From contig DATJKA010000054.1 of the NCBI GenBank assembly GCA_035491815.1, forward strand, positions 15,004 to 79,003: a stretch of DNA of 64,000 nt. The letters run 5' to 3'. A program made the position numbers and the translations under genes. Each line of letters starts with the position of its first letter. Within the stretch, counting starts at the first letter, position 1. Under the pieces are notes generated by a model. The model did no database searches and was not told the DNA's origin. It saw nothing but the letters and a program-made list of their open reading frames with translations. Below are positions 48,460-57,889 of this stretch, piece after piece. This stretch comes from Gemmatimonadales bacterium. GTDB taxonomy: Bacteria; Gemmatimonadota; Gemmatimonadetes; Gemmatimonadales; GWC2-71-9.

Positions 48460-50600
48460 TGCCGCCCTCCCAGGCCCGCGGCGGGTGGCGTCGGCGCTGG
48501 TGTCGTCGTCGGATCAATGGCCGGTTCCTCGACCAAAGCGTCAATGACCTGCTGTCGCGGCGACGACGAGCGGCGGCGGTGACTTCCACCGTTTCCCCCG
48601 CCTCCACCCCCGTTGCCGTTCCCGTTCCGGCGTGCCGGCCCGGGGTTCACGAGCTCGAGGCGTTCGGGGCGGTATTCCTGGACGATGGCCCCGAGCGCGC
48701 GCATCACGGAGCGCTCGTCCGCTTGCCCGGTGACGCTGATGAGCGAGCGGATCTGGCGCGCGAGTGCCGCACCGGCGCCGGCGTCGTTGCCGGCGACCAC
48801 CCGGATCTTGTCGATGCTCGTCGGCGCCAATGTCTCGCCGGGGGCGACGAGCTCCTCTTCGAGCTTCTCGCCGGGGCGAAGGCCGGTGAAGACGATTTGC
48901 ACGTCGTGGTAAGGCACGAGTCCCGACAAGCGGATCAACTGCTCGGCTAGCTCGAGGATGCGGACCTGCGTGCCCATCTCAAGCACGGCGATACGACCTG
49001 CGGCCTCCGGCAGCGCGGCCGCCTCGAGCACGAGCTGCGCCGCCTCGGGAATCGTCATGAGGAAGCGCTTCATCTCGGGATGAGTGACCGTTACGGGGCC
49101 GCCCACGGCGATCTGCTTCTTGAACAGCGGCACCACGCTCCCGTCGGAGCCCAGCACGTTGCCGAAGCGCACGACGCGGAAGTCGGTTCCCGAGGCGCGG
49201 AGCGACGGCAGCTCGCGGACGATCTGTTCGGCCACGCGCTTGGTCGCGCCGAGGATGCTCATCGGGTTGACGGCCTTGTCGGTGGAGATCAGCACGAACT
49301 TGCGCGTGCCCACGCTCGCCGCCGCCTGGGCGAGCCGGAGCGTCCCGACCACGTTGTTCCAGACGCCCTCGATCATGTTCCACTCGAGCATCGGCACGTG
49401 CTTGTACGCCGCCGCGTGGAACACGCAGTCGGGCCGATAGCGCTCGAACACGCGCTCGAGGCGCGCCGCGTTCGTGACGCTCGCCAGCACCGGCACGACG
49501 TCGATGGCCGGATGCGCTTCGCCGATCTCGTGATAGATGAAGAACAGCGGACTCTCCGCGCGGTCGAGCAACAGCAGCCGGCGCGGATTGAAGCGCGCGA
49601 TCTGCCGGACCAGCTCTGAGCCGATCGAGCCGCCTGCGCCGGTCACGAGAATCACTTTGCCCGCGAGCTCCGGCGCGACGTCCTTCAGATCGAGCTGCAC
49701 CGGGTCGCGGCCGAGCAGGTCTTCGACTTGCACGTCGCGCACCTGGTTGAGATGCGGCGATTCGGCGGCGAGGAGGTCCATCTGCGCCGGCAGGATCTTG
49801 ACCGCGGCGCCCGTCTCCGCGGCGCGCGCCACGAGCCGGCGAATTTCCTCGGCGGAGGCGGACGGAATGGCGATGACGATCTGTTGGACGGCATGCATCG
49901 CGACGAACCGGCGGAGGTCATCTGAACCGCCCATTACCGGGACGCCGTGCAGCGTGCGGCCGTGTTTCGTCGGATTGTCATCCACGATCCCGACGACGTT
50001 CAGCGGATGCCGGGGGTCGTGTTGCAACTGACGGAGCAACCGTTCCCCGGCGACTCCGGCGCCGACGATGATCGCCGGGCGGCCGCGACTCCGCTGCCGC
50101 CGCCGGAACGGCTCCTCCTTTATCCACCGCAGCAAGCCGCGCTGACCCCGGCTGGGGCGGCGGAACGGCTCCTCGTTGATCCAGCGGGCCAGGAAGCGGA
50201 TCCCGCCGGCCAGCATGATCGTGCCGACCCAGTCCAGGATCGGTACGACGAGCGGCATGGTGCCGAGCCGGCCGACGAAGATCAACACGCCGACGAAGGC
50301 GAGCGAGCCCAGCGACACCGCGGTCACGATCTGGCGGAGATCGCGAACGCCGACCAGGTGCCAGTATCCGCGAAACAGCCCGTACCGGTGGAACAGCGCC
50401 AGCCGGATGACTAAGAGATACGGAAGGGTTTCGAAGTAGCGGCGGAGCTGCTCGGAGGGAATGCGGAAGTCGAAGCGCAGCGCGTACGCGAGGAGGTAGG
50501 CGAACGAGACAAGCGCCAGGTGACCAACGATGGAAATCGGGCGCCGATAGCGACGCAAGAAAGAAAGAGGTTCCATAGGCGTTGCCGCCTCGTATTGCAC
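48456..50600 (-). CDS. Membrane-bound CapD/PglF/WbpM-type nucleotide-sugar 4,6-dehydratase
   Basis: N-terminal TM segments and two Rossmann regions (IIVGAGVAGE; VTGAGGSIGSEL). Unusual Gly/Asn-rich C-terminal tail (GNGNGGGGGGNGG). Confidence 0.85.
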   Translation of the reverse strand: MQYEAATPMEPLSFLRRYRRPISIVGHLALVSFAYLLAYALRFDFRIPSEQLRRYFETLPYLLVIRLALFHRYGLFRGYWHLVGVRDLRQIVTAVSLGSLAFVGVLIFVGRLGTMPLVVPILDWVGTIMLAGGIRFLARWINEEPFRRPSRGQRGLLRWIKEEPFRRRQRSRGRPAIIVGAGVAGERLLRQLQHDPRHPLNVVGIVDDNPTKHGRTLHGVPVMGGSDDLRRFVAMHAVQQIVIAIPSASAEEIRRLVARAAETGAAVKILPAQMDLLAAESPHLNQVRDVQVEDLLGRDPVQLDLKDVAPELAGKVILVTGAGGSIGSELVRQIARFNPRRLLLLDRAESPLFFIYHEIGEAHPAIDVVPVLASVTNAARLERVFERYRPDCVFHAAAYKHVPMLEWNMIEGVWNNVVGTLRLAQAAASVGTRKFVLISTDKAVNPMSILGATKRVAEQIVRELPSLRASGTDFRVVRFGNVLGSDGSVVPLFKKQIAVGGPVTVTHPEMKRFLMTIPEAAQLVLEAAALPEAAGRIAVLEMGTQVRILELAEQLIRLSGLVPYHDVQIVFTGLRPGEKLEEELVAPGETLAPTSIDKIRVVAGNDAGAGAALARQIRSLISVTGQADERSVMRALGAIVQEYRPERLELVNPGPARRNGNGNGGGGGGNGGSHRRRSSSPRQQVIDALVEEPAIDPTTTPAPTPPAAGLGGRQ

Positions 50601-50732
50601 CTTCTGTGCTCGGACGTCGCGTGCTTGGCCATGAGAAAAAACGCCTCAACACTCAGCGCGCCGCGGCCGCGGGCGCCACGCAACAGGGCGCAAGCGAGTG
50701 ACGGCTGTGGGGTTAGTGCGATTCGCCGCGAG

Positions 50733-50747
50733 CGGCACTGAGCTTGC
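50733..50747 (+). promoter_or_regulatory. Sigma54 (-24/-12) promoter candidate upstream of the Wzc/Wza genes
   Basis: cGGCACtgagcTTGCg has GG (50734-35) and GC (50746-47) at the canonical spacing of TGGCAC-N5-TTGC. It is followed by SD AAGGAG (50772-77) and ATG 50787. Confidence 0.55.
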
Positions 50748-50786
50748 GTGGCGAGGCTCTATATGGAGCCCAAGGAGCCAACCGAG

Positions 50787-53189
50787 ATGTCCGGTACGAA
50801 CGGTGATAACCCGCGTATTCCTGTCCTCCGCTCTCCCTCGTCAGACTCGACGAGTCTCGATGCGGTGCGGCTGAAGAGCCTGGCCGCCGCCCCGCCCCCG
50901 CCGCCGGCGGAGCAGAGCGACTGGCAGCGGTACCTCAGCTCGATCATGCGGCACAAGTGGTTCGTGCTGACCGTGACGCTAGTGGGCACGGTGCTCGGCA
51001 TCATCGGGTCACGGTTTCTCGATCCGCGCTACACCGCGAAAGCGATTCTGTGGGTGGACGTCGCGCCGGTGAATCGCAACCAGTCCGCCGACCAGCCCGA
51101 CCAGCTGCTCGGCGAGCGTGGCTGGATGGAGCTGGTCACGTCGAACACGGTGCTCGACACCGTGGTCGTCCAACGGCGGCTCTTCATTCATACCGACACG
51201 CGGGAGGACTCAGCCGCGCTCGCTTCGTTCAGCGTCGCCGAGCGAGTCGTTCCAGGCGCGTACAAGCTGGTGGTGGACAAGGCGGGACGGGCGTTCCGCC
51301 TTGAGATGGAAGACGGCACCGTCGTGCAACGCGGGCGGGTAGGGCAGCCGGTCGGCGATAACATCGGGTTCCTCTGGACGCCGACGGCACAAGTGCTGAA
51401 GCCGGGGATGACCTATGCCTTCAAGGTCAGCGCCATTCCCGATGCGTCGGCGGCGCTGGCGCAGGACGTCAAGTCGCGCCTCGATCCCGCCGGCAACTTC
51501 CTGCGTCTCCAGCTCAAGGCCTCGAGCGCCGCGGGCGCGGCGGCGACCCTGAACGCCATCGCCAACCGGATCGTCGCGGTCGAGAGCGAGATGAAGCGCA
51601 GCAAGTTCTCGGCACTCGCGGGCGTCATGAGCGATCAGTGGAATCAGGCCAAGCAGACGATGGAGCAGGCCGACAACGCGCTGCGCGATTTCCGCCAGCG
51701 CAACTGGGACCGGCCGCTCATTACGCAGACGCCGAACGGCAGCCTCGCCGTCGAGGGCAGCGGCACGGCCACGCAGCTGCGCGAAGACAACAACCAGCGG
51801 CAGCGCGATCGCCAATTCCTCGAGCAGCTCGCCACGCGCGCGCAAACCGGCAGCGTGTCGATCGTGATGTGGAACAGCATTCCCGCGGTGCAGAATTCGG
51901 AATACATGAAAGCGGCGCTCGCGGATCTCGCGGCCAAGCAGGACAGCCTCCGCAACGCGCGGCTCCGTTACACCGATTCGGCGGCTCCGGTACGGCAGCT
52001 ATCCGCCGACCTTGCCGTGCTCGAGCACCAGCAGATCCCGTCGCTCGCGCGCATGCTCGCGCGCGATCTGGGCGAGGTCGTCGCGGTCTCCAAGCCGCGC
52101 GTCGATACCGCGCTCGGCCAGCTGCGCGCCGCGCCCAACTACGCCATGGAAGAGGACCGCCTCGTGCGCGAGCAGCGCCTCGCCGCGGACCAGTTCGCGA
52201 CCGTGGACCGGGAATATGGGACCGCGAAGCTCGGCGTCGTGAGCAGCCTGCCCGACGTGCGGATCCTGGATCCGGCGACCGAACCGCTCCGTCCCGCGAG
52301 CGATTACGGTTTGCTGCTCATTCTGCTGGCGATGATGCTCAGCTTCGGCTTCGCGGCGGTGTTCGTGAATGTCCGCGACAAGATGGATCCGAAGGTCCGC
52401 TATCCCGAGCAGATCACGGGGCAGATGCGGCTTCCGATTCTTGGCGCGGTCCCGCACGTCAGTTGGCGCCTCGGGGCCAACGGTGACGGGCCCGCCCAAG
52501 TGATCGAAGCGCTGCGGGGTCTCCGGCTCCGCGTGCTCCACGCCCATGCGGGCGGACCGCTCACGCTCACCATCACAAGCCCCGGCATCGGCGACGGCAA
52601 GTCGTTTGTCTCGCTGAACCTCGCGCTCTCGTTCGCGGACGCCGGCTATCGCACGCTGCTCGTGGACGGTGACACGCGGCGCGGCGTGCAGCACAAGGCA
52701 CTGAAGACGCCGTCCACCCCCGGTCTCACCGATGTCGTGGCCGCGCGAGTGCCGCTCGACGCCGCACTGCGGCAGACGTCGTATCCGGGGCTCACGTTCC
52801 TGAGCTCCGGCACGCGGATGCAACGCGCGCCCGAGCGGCTGCTGTCGCAGAACATGCGGGACCTGATGGCGAAGCTGCGCTCGATGTACGACGTCGTCAT
52901 CGTCGACAGCCCGCCCCTCGGTGCCGGCGCCGATCCGCTGGTCCTTGGTACGCTGACCGAGAACCTGTTGATCGTCATGCGCACGGGGCAGTCGGATATC
53001 AATCTCGCCGCGACCAAACTGGAAGTGCTGAACGCGCTGCCGGTCCGCGTCATCGGCGCGGTGCTCAACGACGTGCGCTCGAGCGGCGTCTATCGCTACT
53101 ACATGTACTCCTCGGCGGAATACGAGCTCGTGGACGACGAAGGTCCCACGCGCGAAGCGCTGCCGAGCATCTTGGGGGGACGGTCATGA
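50787..53189 (+). CDS. Polysaccharide co-polymerase / BY-kinase (Wzc/GumC-like chain-length determinant with tyrosine autokinase domain)
   Basis: The ORF is open from GTG 50748. ATG 50787 is preferred because of its SD and the position of the sigma54 candidate. Wzz-like domain with two TM segments, P-loop ITSPGIGDGKS, VIVDSPP, and a Tyr-rich tail YRYYMYSSAEY. Confidence 0.85.
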   Translation: MSGTNGDNPRIPVLRSPSSDSTSLDAVRLKSLAAAPPPPPAEQSDWQRYLSSIMRHKWFVLTVTLVGTVLGIIGSRFLDPRYTAKAILWVDVAPVNRNQSADQPDQLLGERGWMELVTSNTVLDTVVVQRRLFIHTDTREDSAALASFSVAERVVPGAYKLVVDKAGRAFRLEMEDGTVVQRGRVGQPVGDNIGFLWTPTAQVLKPGMTYAFKVSAIPDASAALAQDVKSRLDPAGNFLRLQLKASSAAGAAATLNAIANRIVAVESEMKRSKFSALAGVMSDQWNQAKQTMEQADNALRDFRQRNWDRPLITQTPNGSLAVEGSGTATQLREDNNQRQRDRQFLEQLATRAQTGSVSIVMWNSIPAVQNSEYMKAALADLAAKQDSLRNARLRYTDSAAPVRQLSADLAVLEHQQIPSLARMLARDLGEVVAVSKPRVDTALGQLRAAPNYAMEEDRLVREQRLAADQFATVDREYGTAKLGVVSSLPDVRILDPATEPLRPASDYGLLLILLAMMLSFGFAAVFVNVRDKMDPKVRYPEQITGQMRLPILGAVPHVSWRLGANGDGPAQVIEALRGLRLRVLHAHAGGPLTLTITSPGIGDGKSFVSLNLALSFADAGYRTLLVDGDTRRGVQHKALKTPSTPGLTDVVAARVPLDAALRQTSYPGLTFLSSGTRMQRAPERLLSQNMRDLMAKLRSMYDVVIVDSPPLGAGADPLVLGTLTENLLIVMRTGQSDINLAATKLEVLNALPVRVIGAVLNDVRSSGVYRYYMYSSAEYELVDDEGPTREALPSILGGRS

Positions 53190-53908
53190 ACTGCAGGATG
53201 TGGGCTGTGGTGGGTGGGATGTGGGCACTCATGGGCGCGACGTCACTCGCCGCGCAGGACAAGAATGCGGTCAACCGGCCGCTCGCGACGCGCGCCGAGC
53301 TGGAAGCCGCAATGCAGCAGGCGGGCGGGTCGCAGCTCGCGGTGCAAATCAAGAATCGCTTGACCATGGGCGATTTCCGCCGCGGCGACCGCATCGCGTT
53401 GATGGTGCAGGGCGAGGAGACGCTGACCGACACGTTCACCGTGGGCAGCGGCGCCGAGCTGATGCTGCCGCCGCCCACCGTTGGCGCGCTGTCGCTCAAA
53501 GGCGTGCTGCGCTCCGAGCTCGAGCCCAAGGTGAGCGAGTACGTCAACCGGTTCCGCAACAACGCGATCGTCCGCGCGCAACCGCTGATTCGCCTGTCGG
53601 TCCAGGGCGAAGTCAACAAGGGCGGGGTCTACGCCGTGCCCGCGGATGCACAGCTCGCCGACGCGTTGATGGCGGCCGGCGGGACAACGCAGTTCGCGAA
53701 AGCGAATGAAGTGACGATCGAGCGTAACGGCAAAGCGTTCTGGAAGGGCTCGTCGTTCGACACCGACCTCGACGCCCTGGGGGTCCAGGATGGCGATCAA
53801 ATCGTCGTCGGATCACACCGTCCGGGCGGTGGCGACACGCTCCGGATTACCGCACTGCTCGTCAGCATCGCGGGCGGTCTGTACGGCTTGAGCAGGGCAA
53901 TCCACTAG
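53186..53908 (+). CDS. Polysaccharide export protein (Wza/SLBB-like)
   Basis: ATGA overlap with the Wzc-like gene. Signal ...GATSLAAQD. Poly_export/SLBB-like core (GDRIALMV...VSVQGEVNKGGVYAVP..QLADALMAAGG). C-terminal hydrophobic helix. Confidence 0.7.
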   Translation: MNCRMWAVVGGMWALMGATSLAAQDKNAVNRPLATRAELEAAMQQAGGSQLAVQIKNRLTMGDFRRGDRIALMVQGEETLTDTFTVGSGAELMLPPPTVGALSLKGVLRSELEPKVSEYVNRFRNNAIVRAQPLIRLSVQGEVNKGGVYAVPADAQLADALMAAGGTTQFAKANEVTIERNGKAFWKGSSFDTDLDALGVQDGDQIVVGSHRPGGGDTLRITALLVSIAGGLYGLSRAIH

Positions 53909-53914
53909 CCCCTC

Positions 53915-55789
53915 GTGCCGGCGACGACGACACCCGACATTCGACGACGGCTGCCCATCGGTGCGGAAGTGACCCCTGCGGGGGTTCACTTTCGCGTCTG
54001 GGCGCCGAAACGCCGGCGGGTCGAAGTCGCCGCGACCAACCGCTTCATCGAGCTCGACCCTGACGAGGCCGGGTATTTCGCCGGCCTCGTGCCCGACCTG
54101 TCGGCCGGCGGCCGCTACCGCTTCCGGCTCGACGGCGAGGGCAGCTTTCCCGATCCCGCGTCGCGCTATCAGCCGGACGGCCCACACGGCGATTCGCAGG
54201 TGATCGATCCATCGCAGTTTCGCTGGACCGACGCCGGGTGGCGCGGTCTCGCCGCGACGCGGCAGGTCGTCTACGAGCTCCACGTCGGCACGTTCACCGC
54301 GGCGGGAACGTATGCCGCCGCCGCCGATCACCTCACCGATCTCGCCGACATCGGAGTGACCGTCATCGAGATCATGCCCCTGGCGGAGTTCGCCGGTGCG
54401 TTCGGCTGGGGGTACGACGGCGTAGACTGGTTCGCCCCGTTTCACCGCTACGGGTCCTGTGACGACCTCCGTGCCTTTGTGAACCGCGCGCACGCGAGCG
54501 GTCTGGGCGTGATCCTCGACGTGGTGTACAACCACTTCGGGCCCGACGGCAATTACCTGCGCGAGTTTTCGGACACGTACTTCAGCAAGCCGGGCCGCTT
54601 TGTCACGGATTGGGGCGACGCGATCAACTACGACGACGACGGCTCAGCGGGAGTGCGCGAGCTGGTGGTGAGCAACGCCCGCCACTGGATCGCCGAGTAC
54701 CACCTGGACGGATTGCGCCTCGACGCGACGCAGGCGCTCCGCGATGAGTCCCCGACGCACATCATGCAGGACATCGGCGTGGCGGCGCGCGAGGCTGCCG
54801 GCGAGCGGCCGGTGATCGTCTTCGCCGAAACCGAGCCCCAGGATGCCCGCATCGTGCGCGCGCCGGCGCAGCGCGGGTACGGGTTGGACTACATTTGGTG
54901 CGACGACTTTCATCATCTCGCGCTCGTCACCGCCACGGGCCGGCGCGAGGCCTACTACACCGACTATACCGGCGGCCCGCAGGAATTCCTGTCGGCGCTG
55001 AAGCACGGCCCGTTGTATCAGGGCCAGTTCTATTCGTGGCAGAAGCAGCGGCGCGGCGCGCCCGCCTGGGACGTCGCGCTGTGGCGCATCGTGTTCTTCC
55101 TCGAGAATCACGATCAGGTGGCGAATTCCCGCGAGGGCCGCCGGTTGCATCAGCTCACGAGTCCGGGCCGCTATCGCGCGTTGACGGCGCTGCTGCTGCT
55201 TGCCCCGGAGACGCCGCTGCTGTTTCAGGGCCAGGAATTCGGCTCGTCCGCGCCGTTCCTGTATTTCGCCGATCACGAATCGGAGCTGCGGCGCCGGGTG
55301 CTGCAGGGCCGCCGGCAGTTTCTGGCGCAGTTCGTCTCGATCGGCGCCGACAAGGGCGCGGTGCTCCCGGACCCGGGGGACCCCGAAACCTTCGCCCGCT
55401 CTCGCCTGGACTGGGCCGAGCGGGCCCGCAACAGTGCGCATGTCGCACTGCACCGCGATCTCATCGCGTTGCGGGGCCGCGACGCCGTGCTTGCGGCGCC
55501 GCGCGAAATGGACGGCGCCGTGGTCGGACCCCACGCATTCGTCCTGCGATTCTTCGCCGCGGACGGGCACGACCGCCTGCTGGTGGTCAATTTCGGCGCC
55601 GACCTGCCACTCGAAACCGCCCCCGAGCCGCTGCTCGCGCCGCCCGACCAGGAGCGCGGCTGGAAGCGGCTGTGGCATAGCGAGGATCCGCGATACGGCG
55701 GTCTTGGGGCCGCACCACTCGAATCGGAGGTTGGGACGTGGCGCATTCCGGCCGAGTCGGCGACCCTACTCTCGGCCTTCGACGCCTAG
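53915..55789 (+). CDS. treZ: Malto-oligosyltrehalose trehalohydrolase (GH13)
   Basis: GAEVTPAGVHFRVWAP, VVYELHVGTFT, GWGYDGV, VILDVVYNHFGPDGNYL, GLRLDA, and CDDFHH. Confidence 0.8.
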   Translation: MPATTTPDIRRRLPIGAEVTPAGVHFRVWAPKRRRVEVAATNRFIELDPDEAGYFAGLVPDLSAGGRYRFRLDGEGSFPDPASRYQPDGPHGDSQVIDPSQFRWTDAGWRGLAATRQVVYELHVGTFTAAGTYAAAADHLTDLADIGVTVIEIMPLAEFAGAFGWGYDGVDWFAPFHRYGSCDDLRAFVNRAHASGLGVILDVVYNHFGPDGNYLREFSDTYFSKPGRFVTDWGDAINYDDDGSAGVRELVVSNARHWIAEYHLDGLRLDATQALRDESPTHIMQDIGVAAREAAGERPVIVFAETEPQDARIVRAPAQRGYGLDYIWCDDFHHLALVTATGRREAYYTDYTGGPQEFLSALKHGPLYQGQFYSWQKQRRGAPAWDVALWRIVFFLENHDQVANSREGRRLHQLTSPGRYRALTALLLLAPETPLLFQGQEFGSSAPFLYFADHESELRRRVLQGRRQFLAQFVSIGADKGAVLPDPGDPETFARSRLDWAERARNSAHVALHRDLIALRGRDAVLAAPREMDGAVVGPHAFVLRFFAADGHDRLLVVNFGADLPLETAPEPLLAPPDQERGWKRLWHSEDPRYGGLGAAPLESEVGTWRIPAESATLLSAFDA

Positions 55790-57858
55790 CCCGGCGGGCG
55801 CCCAGCCCGCTGCCCACGCTCCAGTTGAGCGCCGACCAGCGGCGCGATCTGCAGGAGCTGGTTGAGCACGAGTGGCTGGTCACGAACGGCATCGGCGGCT
55901 ATGGCTCGTCCACGGTTGCCGGAATCATCAGCCGGCGCTACCACGGGCTGCTCGTGGCCGCGCTGTCGAATCCTCTGGGCCGCACGATCATGCTCAACGC
56001 GCTGCTCGAGTCGGCGGAGGATGCCGACGGTGGGCGCGCGCTGTTGTCGCTCGAGCCACGCAGGCTACAGGGGAACGGCGCGTCGCTGCCCATCGCCGAG
56101 CTCGTCGAGTTTCGGCTCGACGGCGCCATTCCGGTGTGGCGCTACGCGCTGGCCCACGCGACGATCGAGAAGCGCATCTTCATGCCGCATCGACAGAATA
56201 CCGTCATCGTGTTGTATCGCGTGGAGGGGACGGAGGCGGTGACCCTGCGCCTGACGCCGGCCGTGCATTTCCGCGGCTATGAGGCGCCGGTCTCAGAAAA
56301 GCTGCACGAGCACTACACCTGCGCAGTCACGGGCAATCAGGCACGAATCACGACGGCCAATCTGCCGCCGCTGCACCTGGCGGTCGAAGGCGCCTTCGAA
56401 TTCATCGAAGGCGCCCGCCGATTCGATCAAGTCGGATACGCCGTCGAGGAAGCGCGCGGCTACGAGTTCCACGGCGACCTGTGGTCGCCGGGCACGTTCG
56501 TCGTGTCCGTGGCGCCGGGTCACACCGCGGCGCTCATCGGATCCACCGAAGATCCCGACGTCATGAAGGCGATGGGATCGGAAGAAGCGCTCGCCGCGGA
56601 GCTCGAGCGCGAGCGCCGCATGATCGATGCGGCGCCCCCTGAGGCGCGGACCGGGGCGGCGGCGCAGCTCGTGCTGGCCGCCGATCAGTTCATCATTCGT
56701 CCCGTCGGACGCGTGCGGGATACCGCGCGCGCTACCGCCGTCGGCGACGAGCTCCGCACCGTGATCGCAGGCTACCACTGGTTCACCGATTGGGGCCGCG
56801 ACACGATGATCAGCCTCGAAGGCCTGACGCTCGCGACGGGGCGCGCCCGCGAGGCCGGCTTCATCCTGCGCACGTTCTCGCAGTACGTGCGTGACGGGCT
56901 GATCCCCAATCTCTTCCCCGACGGTAGCGACCAGGGCTTGTACCACACGGCGGACGCCACGCTCTGGTTCTTTCACGCGCTGGAGCGCTACGGAGAGCTC
57001 ACCGGATACTGGTCCCTTATAGAAGAAGTGCTGCCGGTCATGCGCGAGATCGCCGAAGCGCACCTGCGCGGGACGCGCTTCGGCATCGGGGTCGACCCGG
57101 CGGATGGCCTCCTGCGCCAGGGCGCCGAGGGTTATCAGCTTACCTGGATGGATGCCAAGGTCGACGACTGGGTGGTGACCGCGCGGCGCGGTAAGGCCGT
57201 CGAGATCAACGCTCTCTGGTACAATGCGCTCACCATCCTGTCGCGCTGGGAATGCGATCTCGGAGATCAGGCGCGGTCTGGTAAGTACGCCGACGCCGCG
57301 GCACGCGCGCGCGAGTCGTTCAACCAGCGATTCTGGTTCGAGGACGGCGGCTACCTCTACGATGTGATCGACGGCCCCACCGGTGACGATTCGGCCTGTC
57401 GTCCGAATCAAGTGCTCGCGATCTCCCTGCCCAATCCCATTCTCGATCGGGCGCGCTGGGAGCCGGTCATGCAGATCGTGCACGACCGTCTGCTGACCGC
57501 GGTCGGGCTGCGCTCGCTGGCGCCGGGGAGTGCGGATTACAAGGCGCGCTACTTCGGCGACCTGCGTACGCGCGACGCGGCCTACCATCAAGGGACGGTC
57601 TGGGCCTGGTTGATCGGTCCGTGGATCGATGCATGGCTCAAAATGCATCCCGACGACCACGCGGGCGCGCGCCGCTTCCTCGACGGGCTCATCGCGCATC
57701 TGCCGGCGTTCGGCGTCGGCTCGATCGCCGAGATCTTCGACGCCGAGGCGCCATACACGCCGCGCGGCTGTATCGCGCAGGCGTGGAGTGTCGCCGAAAC
57801 TCTCCGCTGTCTCATCAAGACCGCACAAAAAGGGCACGCCGCGCGCGATTCGGATTAG
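55738..57858 (+). CDS. Glycogen debranching enzyme, amylo-alpha-1,6-glucosidase (GDE) type
   Basis: EWLVTNGIGGYGSSTVAGIISRRYHGLLVAA; an (alpha/alpha)6-type C-domain with WFTDWGRDTMISL and QAWSVAE. TTG 55825 is an alternative start that avoids the 52-nt overlap with treZ. Confidence 0.8.
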   Translation: MAHSGRVGDPTLGLRRLARRAPSPLPTLQLSADQRRDLQELVEHEWLVTNGIGGYGSSTVAGIISRRYHGLLVAALSNPLGRTIMLNALLESAEDADGGRALLSLEPRRLQGNGASLPIAELVEFRLDGAIPVWRYALAHATIEKRIFMPHRQNTVIVLYRVEGTEAVTLRLTPAVHFRGYEAPVSEKLHEHYTCAVTGNQARITTANLPPLHLAVEGAFEFIEGARRFDQVGYAVEEARGYEFHGDLWSPGTFVVSVAPGHTAALIGSTEDPDVMKAMGSEEALAAELERERRMIDAAPPEARTGAAAQLVLAADQFIIRPVGRVRDTARATAVGDELRTVIAGYHWFTDWGRDTMISLEGLTLATGRAREAGFILRTFSQYVRDGLIPNLFPDGSDQGLYHTADATLWFFHALERYGELTGYWSLIEEVLPVMREIAEAHLRGTRFGIGVDPADGLLRQGAEGYQLTWMDAKVDDWVVTARRGKAVEINALWYNALTILSRWECDLGDQARSGKYADAAARARESFNQRFWFEDGGYLYDVIDGPTGDDSACRPNQVLAISLPNPILDRARWEPVMQIVHDRLLTAVGLRSLAPGSADYKARYFGDLRTRDAAYHQGTVWAWLIGPWIDAWLKMHPDDHAGARRFLDGLIAHLPAFGVGSIAEIFDAEAPYTPRGCIAQAWSVAETLRCLIKTAQKGHAARDSD

Positions 57859-57889
57859 CGCCGCTCGGCACGCCGTTGTAGGTTCGCAC

